A stretch of DNA of 64,000 bases from contig MIAA01000016.1 in the NCBI GenBank assembly GCA_001830425.1, positions 164,663-228,662 on the forward strand, read 5' to 3'. Positions within the stretch are counted from its first letter, which is position 1, and each line of letters begins with the position of its first letter. A program made the position numbers and the translations under genes. Positions 53,941-62,964 of this stretch are shown piece by piece. The notes under the pieces were generated by a model, which saw nothing but the letters and a program-made list of their open reading frames with translations, searched no databases and was not told the DNA's origin. This stretch comes from Rhodospirillales bacterium RIFCSPLOWO2_02_FULL_58_16 (GTDB taxonomy: Bacteria; Pseudomonadota; Alphaproteobacteria; Rhodospirillales; 2-02-FULL-58-16).

Positions 53941-54050
53941 GTTTTTTGGACCACAGAGGCACAGAGAAGAAAGAGAAAGAATAAATTTTTAAATTGTAGG
54001 AAGCGCACTTAAATCTTCTCTGCGCCTCTGCGCCTCTGTGGTGATTAACC
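53941..54050. repeat. family-2 CACAGAGGC palindromic repeat (subfamily b)
   Basis: It has the termini GGACCACAGAGGCACAGAG ... CTCTGCGCCTCTGCGCCTCTGTGGT. Confidence 0.8.
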
Positions 54051-54080
54051 CCAATAACATTTTACGGCTTTTTTAGGGGT

Positions 54081-54183
54081 GGTTTTGTTTAATATCAATG
54101 GGTTAAGGCCGATTCGCCATGGTTAAGACCGCTATAAACGTGATTAAAACATCATTTAACGTGGTTAAAACGTCATTTAACGC
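54081..54183. repeat. tandem array of four to five about 21-bp iteron-like repeats
   Basis: The units are GGTTAAGGCCGATTCGCCAT, GGTTAAGACCGCTATAAACGT, GATTAAAACATCATTTAACGT and GGTTAAAACGTCATTTAACGC, preceded by the degenerate unit GGTTTTGTTTAATATCAATG. Confidence 0.7.
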
Positions 54184-54210
54184 GCTTATGACGCAATAAG
54201 TCCTCGCCCT

Positions 54211-55848
54211 TCACCCGTTATGGATGGGGGCGGCGAATTCCAGGAAGAAGTCGTTGCCCTTGTCATCGACGACGATGAAGGCGGGGAAGTTCTCGACCTC
54301 GATTTTCCACACCGCTTCCATGCCCAGTTCTTCGTATTCGACGCATTCCACTTTCCTGATGCAGTCCCTGGCCAGTTTCGCCGCCGGGCCGCCGATTGAC
54401 CCTAAATAAAATCCGCCGTGTTTCTTGCAGGCGCGGGTGACGGCGGCGGAGCGATTGCCCTTGGCCAGCATCACCATGGAGCCTCCGGCCTGCTGGAACA
54501 GATCGACATAGGAATCCATGCGCCCCGCCGTGGTCGGCCCGAAGGAGCCTGAGGCATAGCCTTTGGGCGTCTTGGCCGGACCGGCGTAGTAAACGGCGTG
54601 GTCCTTGAAGTATTGGGGCAGGCCCCGGCCGGCGTCGAGGCGTTCCTTCAGCTTGGCGTGAGCGATGTCGCGGGCGACGATCAGCGGCCCGTTCAGGCTG
54701 AGTCGCGTCTTGATCGGGTGTTTGGAAAGAGCGGCCAGAATCTCGGCCATCGGGCGGCCGAGGTCGATGCTGACCGCCGCGCCGCTCAGTTGTTTGCCGC
54801 TGATATCCGGCATGTGTTTGGCCGGGTCGGTTTCCAACTGTTCCAGGAAAACGCCCTCGGCGGTGATCTTGCCCATAATCTGGCGATCCGCCGAACATGA
54901 AACGCCGATCCCCACCGGACACGAGGCGCCGTGCCGGGGCAGGCGGATGACGCGGACATCAAGGCAGAAGTACTTGCCGCCGAACTGGGCGCCGATGCCC
55001 ATATCCTGGGTCAGCTTCAGCACCGCCTGCTCCATTTCCGGGTCGCGGAAGGCCCGACCATGCTTGTCGCCGTCGGTCGGCAGGCCGTCCAGACAGCGGG
55101 CGCTGGCCAGCTTGACCGTTTTCAGGGTCATTTCCCCCGACGTGCCGCCGATGACGATCGCCAGATGGTAAGGCGGGCAGGCGGCGGTGCCGAGCGTCCT
55201 GATCTTTTCGTCGAGGAAGGCCGTCAGGGCGGTCGGGTTCAGCAGCGCCTTGGTCTGCTGGTAAAGGAAGGTCTTGTTGGCCGAGCCGCCGCCCTTGGCC
55301 ATGAACAGGAACTTGTAGGCGTCGCCGTCGGCGGCGTAGATGTCGATCTGGGCCGGCAGATTGTTGCCGGTGTTGACCTCGTTGTACATGGAAAGCGGCG
55401 CCACCTGGCTGTAGCGCAGATTGTGTTCCAGATAGGCATGGCTGACGCCCTCGGCCAGCGCCGCCTCGTCGCCGCCGCCGGTCCACACCCGTTGGCCTTT
55501 CTTCGCCATGACGATGGCGGTGCCGGTGTCCTGGCACATGGGTAATACGCCGCCGGCGGCGATATTGGCGTTCTTCAGCAATTCCAGGGCGACGAAGCGG
55601 TCATTGTCCGAGGCCTCGCGGTCGTTAAGTATCCCGGCCAGTTGTCGCAGGTGTCCCGGCCTCAGGAAATGGGAAATGTCAAACATCGCCGTCCTGGCGA
55701 GCAGGGACAGCGCCGGCGGAGCTATCTTGAGGATCGCCTGTCCTTCGAACCTGGAACGGGTCACATGGTCCGCAGTCAGCAGCCTGTATGGAGTCTTGTC
55801 GTCGGCGAGGGGGAATATCTCGTGGTGGACGAAATCGCTCATGACCAT
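54211..55848 (-). CDS. fumA: class I (Fe-S) fumarate hydratase
   Basis: 545 aa. [10 protein letters not shown], the GGSANK motif and the C-terminal GSIGGPAA region are present. Confidence 0.9.
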   Translation of the reverse strand: MVMSDFVHHEIFPLADDKTPYRLLTADHVTRSRFEGQAILKIAPPALSLLARTAMFDISHFLRPGHLRQLAGILNDREASDNDRFVALELLKNANIAAGGVLPMCQDTGTAIVMAKKGQRVWTGGGDEAALAEGVSHAYLEHNLRYSQVAPLSMYNEVNTGNNLPAQIDIYAADGDAYKFLFMAKGGGSANKTFLYQQTKALLNPTALTAFLDEKIRTLGTAACPPYHLAIVIGGTSGEMTLKTVKLASARCLDGLPTDGDKHGRAFRDPEMEQAVLKLTQDMGIGAQFGGKYFCLDVRVIRLPRHGASCPVGIGVSCSADRQIMGKITAEGVFLEQLETDPAKHMPDISGKQLSGAAVSIDLGRPMAEILAALSKHPIKTRLSLNGPLIVARDIAHAKLKERLDAGRGLPQYFKDHAVYYAGPAKTPKGYASGSFGPTTAGRMDSYVDLFQQAGGSMVMLAKGNRSAAVTRACKKHGGFYLGSIGGPAAKLARDCIRKVECVEYEELGMEAVWKIEVENFPAFIVVDDKGNDFFLEFAAPIHNG

Positions 55849-55874
55849 GTCTTTCAGGTGAAAGGGAAGGGGGG

Positions 55875-56339
55875 CTACTTTTTGCGGAAGGCGCTGAGGG
55901 CGATGACCTTGCCGCCGGCGTCGTCGTCCTTAACGGCGGTGGGGACGGCATTTTGTTCGGGGGCGGCGGCCTCATCTTCCTCGGGCGCTCCCTTGAACTG
56001 GAGGGCGAAGTTGACCGACGGATCGGTAAAGACGACGATGGCCTTAAGGGGAATGCGCAGGTGGCCGGGTTTGCCGCCGAAGCGCAGCGTCACCTCGAAA
56101 TAGTCGTCGCCGACCTTCATGTTTTCGTACTGGTGCTGAAGGACGATGGTCATTTGTTTCGGGTTTTGATTTTTAAGATGCCTGGGGATGACCACCCCGG
56201 CGGCGTCGGTGTTGAAGGTGATATAGAAATGGTGGTCTCCGGGAAGGGCGCCGAGTTCGGCCGGCTTAAGGGCGCGCAGGACGACGCCGCGAAGCGCGTT
56301 CTCAACCCATTGATCGTAACGGATGGGTCCTTCTTCCAT
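55875..56339 (-). CDS. sspB: ClpXP adaptor SspB (alpha-type)
   Basis: 154 aa. [29 protein letters not shown] and an acidic tail ending in a Lys-rich ClpX-binding-like peptide are present. Confidence 0.8.
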   Translation of the reverse strand: MEEGPIRYDQWVENALRGVVLRALKPAELGALPGDHHFYITFNTDAAGVVIPRHLKNQNPKQMTIVLQHQYENMKVGDDYFEVTLRFGGKPGHLRIPLKAIVVFTDPSVNFALQFKGAPEEDEAAAPEQNAVPTAVKDDDAGGKVIALSAFRKK

Positions 56340-56374
56340 TGTTTCCTTCTATGCGGTCGTTTTCAGCGCCGCCT

Positions 56375-56690
56375 TAATCCGGCCCCCGGACTTGATCCGG
56401 GGGTAAGTGAGGGGCTTCTGTTGCCAGGCGCCCCTCGTGCCCCGTCGCATACGCAATTAAGCGGCTACGGCAAATGCCTCATTATCGTTGGCATTTCTAG
56501 GTTTTGGACCGATAACGGTGGCGCCCCGCCGAGCAAAAACCATACCTTTACCACGCACGTCAATCCTGTTTCGCCCCCATAGAATCCGCCCTGCGGCGGG
56601 AATATGGTGGAGGCGCCGGGCACTGCCCCCGGGTCCGTAACGTCTATTCCGCATGGCGTTTATCGCCATAGCCGGTGAACCGGCTTTTCC
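56375..56690 (-). ncRNA. ssrA: two-piece (circularly permuted) tmRNA
   Basis: On the minus strand, the acceptor piece ends GCCCGGCGCCTCCACCA (plus coordinate about 56606). The coding piece starts GGGGGCGAAACAGGATTGACG and pairs with CGCCTCC, including the G3:U wobble. The tag ORF GCCAACGATAATGAGGCATTTGCCGTAGCCGCTTAA encodes ANDNEAFAVAA* (56457-56492). The ends are approximate. Confidence 0.85.
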
Positions 56691-56744
56691 AGTATACTAA
56701 AATCACGGACTATTTGAAAGCAGTGAATAAATGAGGAGATTTTT

Positions 56745-58172
56745 ATGGCTTCCCTTAGGCCGCCGGCGGTAGCGGGGGCATTTTACCCCGGCGACGCCGA
56801 GGAGCTGGATGCCGCCGTTCGGGGATACCTGGCGGAGGCGGCGCCGTCTCATGGGCCGGCGCCTAAGGCGATCATTGCGCCGCACGCCGGATATATTTAT
56901 TCGGGGGCGGTGGCGGCCTGCGCCTACGTTCGGGTTTTGCCGCTGGCGGGGACGGTGAAGCGCGTCGTGCTGCTGGGGCCTTGTCATAAGACGGCGGTGC
57001 GGGGGTTGGCTTTGCCGAGCGTTGACGCTTTCGCCACGCCGTTGGGGAATATTCCCATCGACAAAGAAGCCTGCCGGGTCGCCCTGAAATTTCCCCAGGT
57101 CAGCGTGTTTGACGCCGCCCATGCCGGGGAGCATAGCCTTGAGGTGCATTTGCCGTTTCTCCAGGTTGTTCTCGGCGATTTTTCGCTGGCGCCGCTGGTG
57201 GTCGGCGAGGCCGGCGCCGATGAGGTGGCCCAGGTTATCGAGGCGTTGTGGGGCGGGCCGGAGACGCTGATCGTCATCAGCACCGATCTCAGTCACTTTC
57301 TCGACTACGCCGCCGCCCGCCGGCTGGACGCCGTCACCTGCAAGGCCATCGAGGATTTGAATCCGGAAGGCATCGGCCGCGAGCAGGCTTGCGGACGGAC
57401 GCCGGTCAAGGGAATGCTGACGCTGGCCCGGCGCCGGGGGATGAAAATCGCCGCCGTTGACGTGCGCAACTCCGGCGACACCGCCGGCGACAAAAGTCGC
57501 GTCGTCGGCTACGGCTCGTGGGTGCTGACGGAAGCGGCGGCAATTTCCGGCGAGGATGATTTTGCCGCTCATACCCAAGCCTTGCTGAAGGCTCATGGAG
57601 CGACGCTGCTGCGTCTGGCGGCGGCTTCCATCGAGCATGGCCTGACCCATGGCCGCCCGTTGGCGACGAAGGCGGAAGACTACGCGAAAGAACCGGGCGG
57701 GCAGGGCGCCTGTTTTGTCACTCTCTATCGGGGCGGGCGGCTGAGGGGCTGCATCGGCTCGCTCGAGGCCCGGCGTCCTCTGTTTGAAGACGTGGCGGAG
57801 AATGCTTTCGCGGCGGCTTTCTCCGATCCCCGTTTTCCCAGACTCACGGCTGAGGAAACGGCAGGCCTGGAACTGTCCGTCTCGGTGCTGAGCGCCCGGA
57901 CGCCGATGCGCTTTGCCGATGAGGCCGATCTGTTGTCCCAGCTTCGCCCCGGCGTGGACGGGCTGGTCATCGAGGATCGGGGAAAACGCGCCCTGTTTTT
58001 GCCTTCGGTGTGGGAGCAACTGCCCGCGCCGGAGGCGTTTTTCGGTCGTCTTAAAGTCAAGGCGGGACTCGCCGCCGACCATTGGTCCGACGGCTTCAAG
58101 GCCGGGCGTTTTGTTACCTGCGAGGTCAAGGCCGGTTGGTCGGAGATCAATACGAAAGGAGAAACGATTTGA
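56745..58172 (+). CDS. fusion of Memo-like (AmmeMemoRadiSam B) and AMMECR1 (A) domains
   Basis: 475 aa. The N-terminus shows RPPAVAGAFYPGD...IIAPHAGYIYSG (Memo). The C-terminus shows GACFVTLYRGGRLRGCIGSLE...DPRFP (AMMECR1). Confidence 0.8.
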   Translation: MASLRPPAVAGAFYPGDAEELDAAVRGYLAEAAPSHGPAPKAIIAPHAGYIYSGAVAACAYVRVLPLAGTVKRVVLLGPCHKTAVRGLALPSVDAFATPLGNIPIDKEACRVALKFPQVSVFDAAHAGEHSLEVHLPFLQVVLGDFSLAPLVVGEAGADEVAQVIEALWGGPETLIVISTDLSHFLDYAAARRLDAVTCKAIEDLNPEGIGREQACGRTPVKGMLTLARRRGMKIAAVDVRNSGDTAGDKSRVVGYGSWVLTEAAAISGEDDFAAHTQALLKAHGATLLRLAAASIEHGLTHGRPLATKAEDYAKEPGGQGACFVTLYRGGRLRGCIGSLEARRPLFEDVAENAFAAAFSDPRFPRLTAEETAGLELSVSVLSARTPMRFADEADLLSQLRPGVDGLVIEDRGKRALFLPSVWEQLPAPEAFFGRLKVKAGLAADHWSDGFKAGRFVTCEVKAGWSEINTKGETI

Positions 58173-58960
58173 CCCTTAATATCGGACGCCGCCTTCTGGA
58201 ACAGATCGGCGCCATCGCCGAGCAGGCCGGGGGGCGCATTATCAGTATCCGCGACAAGGGCGTCCGGGTGGAAGCCAAGGCCGACTCATCGCCGGTGACC
58301 GAGGCCGACCGCGAGGCCGAGGAATTTATCATTCACGCCATCAGGAAGAATATAACCGACGCCCTTCCCATCGTCAGCGAGGAAGCCTTTTCCCGTGGCG
58401 AAATCCCCGACATCGGCGAAACGCCGTTCTGGCTGGTGGACGCGCTGGACGGCACCAAGGAGTTCGTCAAGGGCGGAACCGACTTCACCGTCAACATCGC
58501 CATTATCGAGAATGCCAAGCCGGTGATGGGAGTGGTTCATGCGCCGGTGACCAAGGCCACCTACCGGGGCAGCCGCGAAGGGTCTTTTTTTGCGGCGCCC
58601 GGCGTCGTCATTCATAAGATCGCCTGTCGCCCGGCCCCCGCCGACGGGCTGACGGCGCTGGTCAGCCGCTCTCACCGCACGCCGGAGATTGACGGCTATC
58701 TGGCCGGGTTCGCCATCAAACAGGAAATCAGCGCCGGCAGTTCGTTGAAGTTCTGTGAAGTGGCGCGAGGCAACGCCGATATCTATCCCCGCCTCGGGCG
58801 CACCATGGAATGGGACACCGCCGCCGGCCACGCCGTGTTGCGGTTCGCCGGCGGTCAGGTGAAAACCCTGGACGGCGTCGATCTTTGCTATGCCAAGCCC
58901 GGTTTCGAGAATCCTCACTTCGTCGCCGCCGGTCCTGATATAGGGATATCAAGGAATTGA
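58169..58960 (+). CDS. cysQ: 3(2),5-bisphosphate nucleotidase / inositol monophosphatase family
   Basis: TTG at 58169 follows AAGGAGAAACGAT. PVTEADREAEEFI, the WLVDALDGTKEF motif and WDTAAGHAV are present. Confidence 0.8.
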   Translation: MTLNIGRRLLEQIGAIAEQAGGRIISIRDKGVRVEAKADSSPVTEADREAEEFIIHAIRKNITDALPIVSEEAFSRGEIPDIGETPFWLVDALDGTKEFVKGGTDFTVNIAIIENAKPVMGVVHAPVTKATYRGSREGSFFAAPGVVIHKIACRPAPADGLTALVSRSHRTPEIDGYLAGFAIKQEISAGSSLKFCEVARGNADIYPRLGRTMEWDTAAGHAVLRFAGGQVKTLDGVDLCYAKPGFENPHFVAAGPDIGISRN

Positions 58961-59931
58961 CTCAAAACGGCGCTATCGTGCCGGCGACCGGCGAAAATAT
59001 CGCCTTCGCCGCCAGGCTGATCACCGAGGGCAAGCTGGTCGCTTTCCCTACCGAGACCGTTTACGGCCTGGGCGCCGACGCCACCGATGATCGGGCCGTC
59101 GCCACCGTTTTCGCCGCCAAAAAAAGGCCCAACTTCAATCCGCTGATTGTTCACTTTGCCGATGCCGAGGCCGCCGCTTCGGCGGTAAAGTTTGACGACC
59201 GCGCCATGAAGCTGGCCGGGGCGATGTGGCCGGGAGCGCTGACCATGATCCTGTTTCGTCATAAGGAAGGCAAGGTGTCGCTGCTGGCCGGGGCCGGACA
59301 GGACAGGCTGGCCGTGCGCGTTCCCGGCGACAGGACGGCGCTGGCCCTGTTGCGGGCGGCGGGCCGGCCGTTGACATCCCCCAGCGCCAACCGCTCCGGC
59401 GATGTCAGTCCGACCACCGCCGCCCATGTCGCCGAGTCTCTCGGCGGCGCGGTTGACCTTATCCTGGACGGCGGCCCGTGCCGGGTAGGCATCGAATCGA
59501 CCATCGTCGATCTGACCGAGGAATCGCCGTTGATCATGAGGCCGGGAGCAATTTCGGCGCGGGATATCGAAGCCGTTATCGGCCCTCTTTATTCCGCCTG
59601 CAATGTGCCGTGCGTCGGTCCTTCCGCCCCCGGCAGAGCCTCCGGGGGACGCCAATACGCCACCCGCTTGCCGCTGAGGCTGGATGCCGGGGAAGTCAAA
59701 TGCGGCGAGGCCTTGCTTGCCTTCGGCTCCGAGGCAATCAAGGGAGAAGCGGAACGTGTCCTCAACCTAAGTCCGAGCGGCGACCTGACCGAGGCGGCGG
59801 CCAATCTGTTCGCCATGCTGCATGATCTGGATAATCCGGCGTTTCACGCTATCGCCGTGATGCCGATTCCTGAAGACGGTCTTGGGCGGGCGATCAATGA
59901 CCGCCTGCGCCGGGCGACGGCGGGACCATGA
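58957..59931 (+). CDS. L-threonylcarbamoyladenylate synthase (Sua5/YwlC type, YrdC plus Sua5 domains)
   Basis: 324 aa. VAFPTETVYGLGADA, the RPLTSPSANRSG motif and a C-terminal Sua5 domain are present. Confidence 0.85.
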   Translation: MTQNGAIVPATGENIAFAARLITEGKLVAFPTETVYGLGADATDDRAVATVFAAKKRPNFNPLIVHFADAEAAASAVKFDDRAMKLAGAMWPGALTMILFRHKEGKVSLLAGAGQDRLAVRVPGDRTALALLRAAGRPLTSPSANRSGDVSPTTAAHVAESLGGAVDLILDGGPCRVGIESTIVDLTEESPLIMRPGAISARDIEAVIGPLYSACNVPCVGPSAPGRASGGRQYATRLPLRLDAGEVKCGEALLAFGSEAIKGEAERVLNLSPSGDLTEAAANLFAMLHDLDNPAFHAIAVMPIPEDGLGRAINDRLRRATAGP

Positions 59932-61337
59932 CCATGAACGCATCCGAACAAGCTCTCGACGCTATCCGCCGCCGGTTAGGCCCCAAGGGGTGGATTTCCG
60001 ACCGTCATGACATGGCGCCGTATCTGGAGGAGCAGCGCGGCTTGTATCACGGCGATTGCGCTCTGGTGGCCCGTCCTTCGACCGCCGCCGAAACGGCGGA
60101 AGTGGTGCGCCTGTGCGCCGGGGCCAAGATTCCCGTCACCCCCCAGGGCGGCAATACCGGCCTGGTCGGCGGCGGCGTTCCCCGAGGCGGCATTATCTTG
60201 TCAACCGACAGGTTGAATCGCATCCGCAATCTGGACATTGTCAATCATGCCATCACCGTCGAGGCCGGTTGCATCCTCGCCGATATCCAAGCCGCCGCCG
60301 CCGCCGCCGGGGCGCTGTTTCCCTTAAGTCTGGCCGCCGAGGGAAGCTGTCGCATCGGCGGCAACATTTCCACCAACGCCGGCGGCGTCGCCGTGCTGCG
60401 TTACGGCAGCATGCGGGAACTGGTGCTGGGCCTTGAAGTGGCGTTGCCCGACGGCCGTTTGTGGAACGGTCTCAGGGCCTTGCGCAAGGATAATGCCGGT
60501 TATGATCTGAAGCACCTGTTTATCGGCGCCGAGGGAACGCTGGGCGTCATCACCGCCGCCGTGTTGAAGCTGTTCCCCAGGCCGAAGGCGCGGGAGACGG
60601 CGCTGGCGGCGCTGCCGACTTACGAGGCGGCGCTGGAACTGTTCGTTCGAATGCGGGATCAAGCCGGTGACAGCCTCACCGCCTTTGAGGTCATGTGCAA
60701 GACCAGCGTACAATTGGCCTTCAGGCATATGCCGGGTTGTGTCGATCCGTTTGCCGAGCGGCACCCGTTGTACGTCCTCGTCGAACTTTGCGGCGCCGCG
60801 CCGCGCCCGGCGCTTGAAGAAGCGCTGGCCGAGGCCATAAAGGACGGCGTTGTGGTTGACGCGGTCATTGCCTCCAGCGAGTCCCAGTCCGCCGACTTGT
60901 GGCGCATCCGCGAATCCATCGCCGAGGCCCAGAAGCGCGAGGGCGCTTCGATCAAGCACGATATCTCGGCGCCGATTTCAAGGTTGCCTGAGTTCTTCCG
61001 TCGCGCCGTTCCTATGGTCGAGGGAGAACTGGAAGGCGTGCGGGTCGTCGCCTTCGGTCATCTGGGCGACGGCAATATCCACTTTAACCTCAGCCGGCCT
61101 GAAGCCGCCGATGACAGGGAGTTTCTTTCCCACAGGAAGCGTCTCAATCGTCTGGTGTACGATCTTGTTATGGAAATGAACGGCAGCTTCAGCGCCGAGC
61201 ACGGCGTCGGAATGCTGAAAACCGACGACCTTGAACGGTTCAAGTCCGAGACGGAACTGGACCTGATGCGAACTCTCAAAAAGGCGCTGGACCCGGATAA
61301 CATCATGAATCCGGGCAAGGTTATACTTTTTGATTAA
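59928..61337 (+). CDS. FAD-linked oxidase (GlcD / D-2-hydroxyacid dehydrogenase family)
   Basis: 469 aa. PQGGNTGLVGG, KDNAGYDL and the C-terminal HGVGMLK...LDPDNIMNPGKV are present. Confidence 0.85.
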   Translation: MTMNASEQALDAIRRRLGPKGWISDRHDMAPYLEEQRGLYHGDCALVARPSTAAETAEVVRLCAGAKIPVTPQGGNTGLVGGGVPRGGIILSTDRLNRIRNLDIVNHAITVEAGCILADIQAAAAAAGALFPLSLAAEGSCRIGGNISTNAGGVAVLRYGSMRELVLGLEVALPDGRLWNGLRALRKDNAGYDLKHLFIGAEGTLGVITAAVLKLFPRPKARETALAALPTYEAALELFVRMRDQAGDSLTAFEVMCKTSVQLAFRHMPGCVDPFAERHPLYVLVELCGAAPRPALEEALAEAIKDGVVVDAVIASSESQSADLWRIRESIAEAQKREGASIKHDISAPISRLPEFFRRAVPMVEGELEGVRVVAFGHLGDGNIHFNLSRPEAADDREFLSHRKRLNRLVYDLVMEMNGSFSAEHGVGMLKTDDLERFKSETELDLMRTLKKALDPDNIMNPGKVILFD

Positions 61338-61359
61338 CCGCTCTGTAAGCGAATTGAAA

Positions 61360-62964
61360 ATGGCCATAACCAAATTTCCCGATGAAATCCAAAAGCGTTA
61401 TGACGATTTTCGCAGTTTTGGATTCATCATTCAGGAAGACATGAGTCTCATGGCCAAGACGGCGAGGGAGATCGTGTACTTCTTCGATGAGCAGGTAATC
61501 GCCAAGATTCTCCAAACGCTTCTTCAAATGGCCCGGATAAATGAAGAAAACGCCGGGAAGAAAAGCAAAATCGAGCGCTTGGAGAAAAAAATAAATTCGT
61601 GGAATATGGAGTTTATGGCCGAGGCCGTCGAAGAACTTTTCCTGCTGGTCGATAAGGACTACGCCAAAGAGCTGTTCCGGGCGTTCTTCAAGAAGGCGTT
61701 GGCGGCGGGACACGCCGATGTCTTAAAGAGATACCTTGACCGGCAGGTCGAAACGGATCCCTGCAAATCTTTCATTGAGATGGTGAACAATAATGAAACC
61801 GGCGCCAAGCGCGTGGTTTTCATCGCCCGCAGGCCGTTTTTTCAAATTCTGCGCGAGGCCTGTTATTTACAGAAAAACGGCTGGCGCACCTTTCTCGTCC
61901 ATATGGATATGTATAACTCCGACGTTCAGACGGGATTCGAGGCCGTTCTGGTGATTCCTAACCATTTGTGGCTTTTGGATACGCTTGTCGGGCGGCTGGA
62001 CGCGGAAGTGTTTCATGCCCAGTGCCTGTTCATGGACAGCATCATGGGCGTTTCCGTGGTCCGCGCCCAACGCAAGGGAGCGTGCGTCTGCGAGTTTTAC
62101 GACGTTACTTCGGTTTTCGCTCCCCGCGATGCGCTGTGCATAAAGTGGAGTCCTCGCGTCGTGGATATGGAATTGTTGCTGGAGAAGGCGGTTTGCCTCG
62201 AAGCCGACGCCGTAATCACCCGGTTCCCGGCGCCGGTTCACGAAGAATTGCGCCGACGTCACGGCGGCCTGACGCGCATTATAGAATTTCAGCCCTATCC
62301 TTGTCTTGAGTTCACTTGCTACGGCGACGGCAAGTTGTCTGAAAAAGACGGCGCCGTACATCTGGTGTATGCGGGAATGTTCGTTCCCAAGGATAAGGAT
62401 CATCCTAGGGAATTGTTCCCTGAACGCAATCAGTGCGAAACCTTCCGGCGCCTTGTCGCCCAAGGGTTGAAGCTCGACGTGTTTTGCGCTTCCCAGCAAG
62501 CGGTGGGATTTAATAAAGCGACATTCGCCGATTATCACAAGCTGGCGGAGGAGAATCCGCATTTCCGTATGCGGGAGTCAGTGCCGCCCAATATTTTGGC
62601 CAAGGTCATGGCCCCGTATGATTTCGCCATAAACATCTTTGATCTGAGACTGGAAGAGTCGCTGAACCGGGACAGCCATATCAAGAACGTCACCAGCGCC
62701 AAGATTTTTTCGTACCTGGAGGCGGGCCTGCCCGTCATCGTCACCGCTGAATACGAATACATGGCGCGCATTATCGAAGACAACAAACTTGGCTTTGCGG
62801 TGACCAGGGATGAAATCGACAAGGTGGCCGAACGGATCAAAACCTTTGATTACGAAAGCTGCGTCGAAAACATTAAAAGCTTTAACCGGGAATTCGGCAT
62901 GGCTAAGGAAATCAGGAAGATTACGACTCTTTATGAGGAAATTATCGCCGCCCGCCGTCTCTGA
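61360..62964 (+). CDS. glycosyltransferase-like (GT-B fold) protein with helical N-terminal domain
   Basis: It has visibly lower GC than its neighbours. The C-terminal part (KIFSYLEAGLPVIVTAEYEYMARIIEDNKLGF) resembles the GT1/GT4 donor-binding region. The start is set at the ATG at 61360; the track ORF begins at 61330. Confidence 0.45.
   Translation: MAITKFPDEIQKRYDDFRSFGFIIQEDMSLMAKTAREIVYFFDEQVIAKILQTLLQMARINEENAGKKSKIERLEKKINSWNMEFMAEAVEELFLLVDKDYAKELFRAFFKKALAAGHADVLKRYLDRQVETDPCKSFIEMVNNNETGAKRVVFIARRPFFQILREACYLQKNGWRTFLVHMDMYNSDVQTGFEAVLVIPNHLWLLDTLVGRLDAEVFHAQCLFMDSIMGVSVVRAQRKGACVCEFYDVTSVFAPRDALCIKWSPRVVDMELLLEKAVCLEADAVITRFPAPVHEELRRRHGGLTRIIEFQPYPCLEFTCYGDGKLSEKDGAVHLVYAGMFVPKDKDHPRELFPERNQCETFRRLVAQGLKLDVFCASQQAVGFNKATFADYHKLAEENPHFRMRESVPPNILAKVMAPYDFAINIFDLRLEESLNRDSHIKNVTSAKIFSYLEAGLPVIVTAEYEYMARIIEDNKLGFAVTRDEIDKVAERIKTFDYESCVENIKSFNREFGMAKEIRKITTLYEEIIAARRL

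Noticed and set aside
1271-54050. Possibility that the CACAGAGGC repeats form a CRISPR array
   Set aside because: The copies are dispersed kilobases apart, are 100-120 bp long with internal palindromy, and occur in both orientations. There is no regular repeat-spacer structure and there are no cas genes.
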